DNA of 64,000 bases. Source: Eledone cirrhosa. Its lineage: Eukaryota. Numbering within the stretch: position 1 is the stretch's first letter; every line of letters starts with the position of its first letter. A program made the translations under genes and the position numbers. The stretch is from assembly GCA_964016885.1 (NCBI GenBank), contig OZ024745.1:65472001-65536000 (forward strand), in the 5' to 3' direction. A model generated the notes under the pieces. The model was not told the origin of the DNA. It did no database searches and saw only the letters and a list, made by a program, of their open reading frames with translations. Shown in pieces: positions 57,081 to 64,000 of this stretch.

Positions 57081-60000
57081 TTTATTTGGGGGATCCATTT
57101 TTTATTTGGGTCATCCATTTTTTTATTTGTGGGATCCATTTTTTATTTGGGGGATCCATTTTTTATTTGGGTGATCCATTTTTATTTGTAGATCCATTTT
57201 TTATTTGGGTGATCCATTTTTTAATTGGATGATCCATTTTTTATTTGGGGGATCCATTTTTTATTTGGGGGATCCATTATTTATTTGGGTGATCCATTTT
57301 TTATTTGGGTGATCCATTTGTTATTTTGGGGATCCATTTTTTATTTTGGGTGATCCATTTTTTATTAGGGGGATCCATTTTTTATTTGGGTGATCCATTT
57401 TTTTTTGTAGATCCATTTTTTATTTGGGTGATCCATTTTTTAATTGGATGATCCATTTTTTATTTGGGGGATCCATTTTTTATTTGGGGGATCCATTATT
57501 TATTTGGGTGATCCATTTTTTATTTGGGTGATCCATTTTTTATTTTGGGGATCCATTTTTTATTTGGGTGATCCATTTTTTATTTGGGTGATCCATTTTT
57601 TAATTGGGTGATCCATTTTTTATTTGGGTGATCCATTTTTTATTTGGGGGATCCTTTTTTTATTTGGGTGATCCATTTTTTATTTGGGTGATCCATTTTT
57701 TATTTGGGGGATCCATTTTTTATTTGGGTGATCCATTTTTTATTTGGGGGATCCATTTTTTATTTGGGGGATCCATTTTTTATTTGGGTGATCCATTTTT
57801 TATTTGGGTGATCCATTTTTTATTTGGGGGGATCCATTTTTAATTTGGGTGATCCATTTTTTATTTGGGGGATCCATTTTTTATTTGGGTGATCCATTTT
57901 TTATTTGGGGGATCCATTTTTTATTTGTGTGATCCATTTTTTATTTGGGATATCCATTTTTTAATTGGGTGATCCATTTTTTATTTGGGGGATCCATTTT
58001 TTATTTGGGTGATCCATTTTTTAGTTTGGTGGTCCATTTTTTATTTGGGTGATCCATTTTTTATTTGGGGGATCCATTTTTTATTTGGGTGATCCATTTT
58101 TTATTTGGGGATCCATTTTTTATTTGGGTGATCCATTTTTTATTTGGGTGATCCATTTTTTATTTGGGGGATCCATTTTTTATTTGGGTGATTCATTTTT
58201 TATTTGGGGGGTCCATTTTTTATTTGGGGGATCCATCTTTATTTGGGTGATCCATTTTTTATTTGGGGTATCCATTTTTTATTTGTGTGATCCATTTGTT
58301 ATTTGGGTTGATCCCTTTTTTATTTGGGGGATCCATTTTTTATTTGGGGGATCCATTTTTTATTTGGGGGATCCATTTTTTATTTGGGGGATCCATTTTT
58401 TATTTGGGTGATCCATTTTTTATTAGGGGGATCCATTTTTTATTTGGGTGATCCATTTTTATTTGGAGATCAATTTTTTATTTAGGTGATCCATTTTATA
58501 ATTGGGTGATCCATTTTTTATTTGGGGGATCCATTTTTTATTTGGGGGATCCATTATTTACTTGGGTGATCCATTTTTTATTTGGGTGATCCATTTTTTA
58601 TTTGGGTGATCCATTTTTTATTTGGGTGATCCATTTTTATTTGGGTGATCCATTTTTTATTTGGGGGATCCATTTTTTATTTGGGTGATCCATTTTTTAT
58701 TTGGGTGATCCATTTTTTATTTGAGGGATCCATTTTATATTTGGGTGATCCATTTTTTATTTGGGTGATCCATTTTTTATTTGGGGGATCCATTTTTTAT
58801 TTGGGGGATCCATTTTTTATTTAGGGGATCCATTTTTTATTTGGGTGATCCATTTTTTATTTGGGTGATCCATTTTTTATTTGGGGGATCCATTTTTTAT
58901 TTGGGTGATCCATTTTTTATTTGGGGGATCCATTTTTTATTTCGGGGATCCATTTTTTATTTGGGTGATTCATTTTTTATTTGGGGGATCCATTTTTTAT
59001 TTGGGTGATCCATTTTTTTATTTGGAGGTCCATTTTTTATTTGGGTGATCCATTTTTTATTTGGGTGATCCATTTATTATTTGGGGGATCCATTTTTTAT
59101 TTGGGTCATACATTTTTTATTTGGGGGATCCATTTTTTATTTGGGGGATCCATTTTTTATTTTGGGTGATCCATTTTTTATTAGGGGGATCCATTTTTTA
59201 TTTGGGTGATCCATTTTTATTTGTAGATCCATTTTTTATTTGGGTGATCCATTTTTTAATTGGATGATCCATTTTTTATTTGGGGGATCCATTTTTTATT
59301 TGGGGGATCCATTATTTATTTGGGTGATCCATTTTTTATTTGGGTGATCCATTTTTTATTTGGGGGATCCATTTTTTATTTGGGTGATCCATTTTTTATT
59401 TGGGTGATCCATTTTTTATTTGGGGGATCCATTTTTTATTTAGTTGATCCATTTTTTAATTGGGTGATCCAATTTTTATTTGGGGGATCCATTTTTTATT
59501 TGGGGGATCCATTTATTATTTGGGGGATCCATTTTTTATGTGGGTGATCCATTTTTTATTTGGGTGATCCATTTTTTATTTGTGGGATCCATTTTTTATT
59601 TGTGGGATCCATTTTTTATTTGGGGGATCCTTTTTTTATTTGGGTGATCCATTCTTTATTTGGGTGATCCATTTTTTATTTGGGTGATCCATTTTTTAAT
59701 TGGGTGATCCATTTTTTATTTGGGGGATCCATTTTTTATTTGGGTGATCCATTTTTTATTTGGGTGGTCCATTTTTTATTTGGGTGATCCATTTTTTATT
59801 TGGGGGATCCATTTTTTATTTGGGTGATCCATTTTTTATTTGGGGATCCATGTTTTATTTGGGTGATCCATTTTTTATTTGGGTGATCCATTTTTTATTT
59901 GGGTGATCCATTTTTTATTTGGGGGGTCCATTTTTTATTTGGGGGATCCATTTTTATTTGGGTGATCCATTTTTTATTTGGGGGATCCATTTTTTATTTG

Positions 60001-63000
60001 GGTGATCCATTTTTTATTTGGGTTGATCCCTTTTTTATTTGGGGGATCCATTTTTTATTTGGGTGATCCATTTTTTATTTGGGGGATCCATTTTTTATTT
60101 GGGGGATCCATTTTTTATTTGGGTGATCCATTTTTTATTAGGGGGATCCATTTTTTATTTGGGTGATCCATTTTTATTTGGAGATCCATTTTTTATTTAG
60201 GTGATCCATTTTATAATTGGGTGATCCATTTTTTATTTGGGGGATCCATTTTTTATTTGGGGGATCCATTATTTATTTGGGTGATCCATTTTTTATTTGG
60301 GTGATCCATTTTTTATTTGGGTGATCCATTTTTTATTTGGGTGATCCATTTTTTATTTGGGTGATCCATTTTTTATTTGGGGGATCCATTTTTTATTTGG
60401 GTGATCCATATTTTATTTGGGTGATCCATTTTTTATTTGAGGGATCCATTTTATATTTGGGTGATCCATTTTTTATTTGGGTGATCCATTTTTTATTTGG
60501 GGGATCCATTTTTTATTTGGGTGATCCATTTTTTATTTGGGGGAACCTTTTTTTATTTGGGTGATCCATTTTTTATTTGGGGGATCCATTTTTTATTTGG
60601 GTGATCCATTTTTTATTTGGGGGATCCATTTTTTATTTGGGGGATCCATTTTTTATTTGGGGGATCCTTTTTTATTTGGGTGATCCATTTTTTATTTGGG
60701 TGATCCATTTTTTATTTGGTGGATCCATTTTTTATTTGGGTGATCCATTATTTATTTGGGGGATCCATTTTTTATTTGGGGGATCCATTTTTTATTTGGG
60801 TGATCCATTTTTTATTTGGGGGATCCATTCTTTATTTGGGTGATCCATTTTTTATTTGTTGGATCCATTTTTTATTCGGGGGATCCATTTTTTATTTGGA
60901 GGATCCATTTTTTATTTGGGTGATCCATTTTTTATTTGGGTGATCCATTTATTATTTGGGGGATCCATTTTTTATTTGGGTGATCCATTTTTTATTTGGG
61001 TGATCCATTTTTTATTGGGGGATCCATTTTTTATTTGGGGGATCCATTTTTTATTTGGGTGATCCATTTTTTATTTGGGTGATCCATTTTTTAATTGGGG
61101 GATCCATTTTTTATTTGGGTGATCCATTTTTTATTTGGGTGATCCATTTTTTATTTGGGGGATCCATTTTTTATTTGGGGGCAGAATTTTTATTTGGGTG
61201 ATCCATTTTTTATTTGGGTGATCCATTTTTTATTTGGGGGATCCATTTTTTATTTGGGGGATCCATTTTTTATTTGGGTGATCCATTTTTTATTTGGGGG
61301 ATCCATTTTTTATTTGGGTGATCCATTTTTTATTTGGGGGATCCATTTTTTATTTGGGTGATCCATTTTTTATTTGGGTGATCCATTTTTTATTTGGGGG
61401 ATCCATTTATTATTTGGGGGATCCATTTTTTATTTGGGTGATCCATTTTTTATTTGGGGGATCCATTTTTTATTTGGGTGATTCATTTTTTATTTGGGGG
61501 TCCATTTTTTATTTGGGGGATCCATCTTTATTTGGGTGATCCATTTTTTATTTGGGGGATCCATTTTTTATTTGGGTGATCCATTTTTTATTTGGGTTGA
61601 TCCCTTTTTTATTTGGGGGATCCATTTTTTATTTGGGGGATCCATTTTTTATTTGGGGGATCCATTTTTTATTTGGGGGATCCATTTTTTATTTGGGTGA
61701 TCCATTTTTTATTAGGGGGATCCATTTTTTATTTGGGTGATCCATTTTTATTTGGAGATCCATTTTTTATTTAGGTGATCCATTTTATAATTGGGTGATC
61801 CATTTTTTATTTGGGGGATCCATTTTTTATTTGGGTTGATGCCTTTTTTATTTGGGGGATCCATTTTTTATTTGGGTGATCCATTTTTTATTTGGGGGAT
61901 CCATTTTTTATTTGGGGGATCCATTTTTTATTTGGGTGATCCATTTTTTATTAGGGGGATCCATTTTTTATTTGGGTGATCCATTTTTATTTGGATATCC
62001 ATTTTTTATTTAGGTGATCCATTTTATAATTGGGTGATCCATTTTTTATTTGGGGGATCCATTTTTTATTTGGGGTATCCATTATTTATTTGGGTGATCC
62101 ATTTTATATTTGGGTGATCGATTTTTTATTTGGGTGATCCATTTTTTATTTGGGTGATCCATTTTTTATTTGGGTGATCCATTTTTTATTTGGGGGATCC
62201 ATTTTTTATTTGGGTGATCCATTTTTTATTTGGGTGATCCATTTTTTATTTGAGGGATCCATTTTATATTTGGGTGATCCATTTTTTATTTGAGTGATCC
62301 ATTTTTTATTTGGGGGATCCATTTTTTATTTGGAGGATCCATTTTTTATTTGGGGGATCCATTTTTTATTTGGGTGATCCATTTTTTATTTGGGTGATCC
62401 ATTTTTTATTTGGGGGATCCATTTTTTATTTGGGTGATCCATTTTTTATTTGGGGGATCCATTTTTTATTTGGGGGATCCATTTTTTATTTGGGTGATTC
62501 ATTTTTTATTTGGGGGATCCATTTTTTATTTGGGTGATCCATTTTTTTATTTGGGGGTCCATTTTTTATTTGGGTGATCCTTTTTTTATTTGGGTGATCC
62601 ATTTTTTATTTGGGTGATCCATTTTTTATTTGGGGGATCCATTTTTTATTTGGGTGATCCATTTTTTATTTGGGTGATCCATTTTTTATTTGGGGGATCC
62701 ATTTTTTATTTGGGTGATCCATTTTTTATTTGGGGGATCCATTTTTTATTTGGGGGATCCATTTTTTATTTGGGTGATCCATTTTTTATTTGGGTGATCC
62801 ATTTTTTATTTGGGGGGATCCATTTTTAATTTGGGTGATCCATTTTTTATTTGGGGGATCCATTTTTTATTTGGGTGATCCATTTTTTATTTGGGTGATC
62901 CATTTTTTATTTGGGTGATCCATTTTTTATTTGGGGGATCCATTTTTTATTTGGGTGATCCATTTTTTATTTGGGTGGTCCATTTTTTATTTGGGTGATC

Positions 63001-64000
63001 CATTTTTTATTTGGGGGATCCATTTTTTATTTGGGTGATCCATTTTTTATTTGGGTGATCCATTTTTTATTTGGGTGATCCATTTTTTATTTGGGGGATA
63101 CATTTTTTATTTGGGTGATCCATTTTTTATTTGGGGGGTCCATTTTTTATTTGGGGGATCCATTTTTATTTGGGTGATCCATTTTTTATTTGGGGGATCC
63201 ATTTTTTATTTGGGGGATCCCTTTTTTATTTGGGGGATCCATTTTTTATTTGGGTGATCCATTTTTTATTTGGGGGATTCATTTTTTATTTGGGGGATCC
63301 ATTTTTTATCTGGGTGATCAATTTTTTATTAGAGGGATCCATTTTTTATTTGGGTGATCCATTTTTATTTGGAGATCCATTTTTTATTTAGGTGATCCAT
63401 TTTATAATTGGGTGATCCATTTTTTATTTGGGGGATCCATTTTTTATTTGGGGGATCCATTATTTATTTGGGTGATCCATTTTTTATTTGGGTGATCCAT
63501 TTTTTATTTGGGTGATCCATTTTTTATTTGGGTGATCCATTTTTTATTTGGGTGATTCATTTTGTATTTGGGGGATCCATTTTTTATTTGGGTGATCCAT
63601 TTTTTATTTGGGTGATCCATTTTTTATTTGAGGGATCCATTTTATATTTGGGTGATCCATTTTTTATTTGGGTGATTCATTTTTTATTTGGGGGATCCAT
63701 TTTTTATTTGGGTGATCCATTTTTTTATTTGGGGGTCCATTTTTTATTTGGGTGATCCATTTTTTATTTGGGTGATCCATTTTTTATTTGGGGGATCCAT
63801 TTTTTATTTGGGTCATCCATTTTTTATTTGGGGGATACATTTTTTATTTGGGGGATCCATTTTTTATTTTGGGTGATCCATTTTTTATTAGGGGGATCCA
63901 TTTTTTATTTGGGTGATCCATTTTTATTTGTAGATCCATTTTTTATTTGGGTGATCCATTTTTTAATTGGATGATCCATTTTTTATTTGGGGGATCCATT

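Larger units (their letters stand above)
1..64000 (+). repeat. 20-bp tandem satellite array, consensus GATCCATTTTTTATTTGGG[G/T], ~3,200 monomers, single orientation, open at both window ends
   Basis: Seen directly: the monomer recurs every 20 bp, with occasional 18-22-bp indel variants, from start to end. No non-repeat insertion or inverted block seen. Consensus + strand composition is T 50-55%, G 20-25%, A 15%, C 10%. Confidence 0.99.

Noticed and set aside
285-63974. All ORF-track entries (GDPFFIWVIHFLFGGSIFYL-type hydrophobic peptides)
   Set aside because: These are translations of three 20-bp monomers (60 bp = 20 aa), the same peptide in all three frames. They use TTG/GTG starts and mostly end where a T-type monomer puts TGA in frame. 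Frameshifting indels are common. The minus strand has TAA in every monomer.
1-64000. Giant repetitive protein under a UGA-readthrough genetic code
   Set aside because: The consensus + strand has only TGA stops, but TAA/TAG variants and 1-2-bp indels are frequent and have been amplified. There is no non-repetitive domain and no sign of frame preservation.
1-64000. CRISPR array
   Set aside because: Repeats abut directly with no unique spacers, no leader and no cas genes.
1-64000. Resemblance of GATCCATTTTTTA to the E. coli oriC 13-mer consensus GATCTnTTnTTTT, or to plasmid iterons
   Set aside because: A short AT-rich match with two mismatches is plausible by chance. Origins carry a handful of copies with DnaA boxes or a rep gene, and none are seen here.
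1-64000. Canonical G-quadruplex array
   Set aside because: G3-G5 tracts are separated by 15-17 nt, well beyond the usual 1-7-nt loops. Stable intramolecular G4 is not supported without experiment.
1-64000. Hairpins, terminators or inverted segments
   Set aside because: The only palindromes are GATC/GGATCC and a 3-bp TGG/CCA stem. No reverse-oriented monomers were seen.
1-64000. Synthetic concatemer, rolling-circle or sequencing artefact
   Set aside because: Complex rare variants recur in conserved order at nested offsets, which implies descent through successive duplications rather than random error. Misassembly of individual large duplications cannot be excluded without reads.
1-64000. Plasmodium Rep20 or another named short satellite
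   Set aside because: Rep20 is a 21-bp unit whose consensus, as I recall it, is unrelated. I cannot match this monomer to any named family, so no name is assigned.

Overview
The whole 64 kb window is one uninterrupted head-to-tail tandem array of a 20-bp monomer, consensus GATCCATTTTTTATTTGGG(G/T), about 3,200 copies, all in one orientation and running off both ends. I see no unique sequence, real protein-coding gene, RNA gene, CRISPR spacer or mobile element. The ORF-track entries are translations of the repeat. The information lies in the variants. One position is dimorphic (G or T), and recurrent rarer variants act as lineage markers. These markers show nested higher-order structure: an old ~8-monomer cassette in diverged versions, local tandem duplications of about 0.26, 0.94, 1.66, 2.4 and 3.5 kb, a 5,191-bp higher-order repeat at the left, a ~9.5-kb offset duplication and a ~17-19.5-kb super-repeat. 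The right end carries more private mutations. The best reading is eukaryotic satellite DNA (centromeric, pericentromeric or subtelomeric) evolving by unequal exchange or slippage. I do not recognise the family or the organism. Offsets come from identical ORF-track entries and from markers located by eye, so block boundaries are approximate. I found no gene-based novel system.
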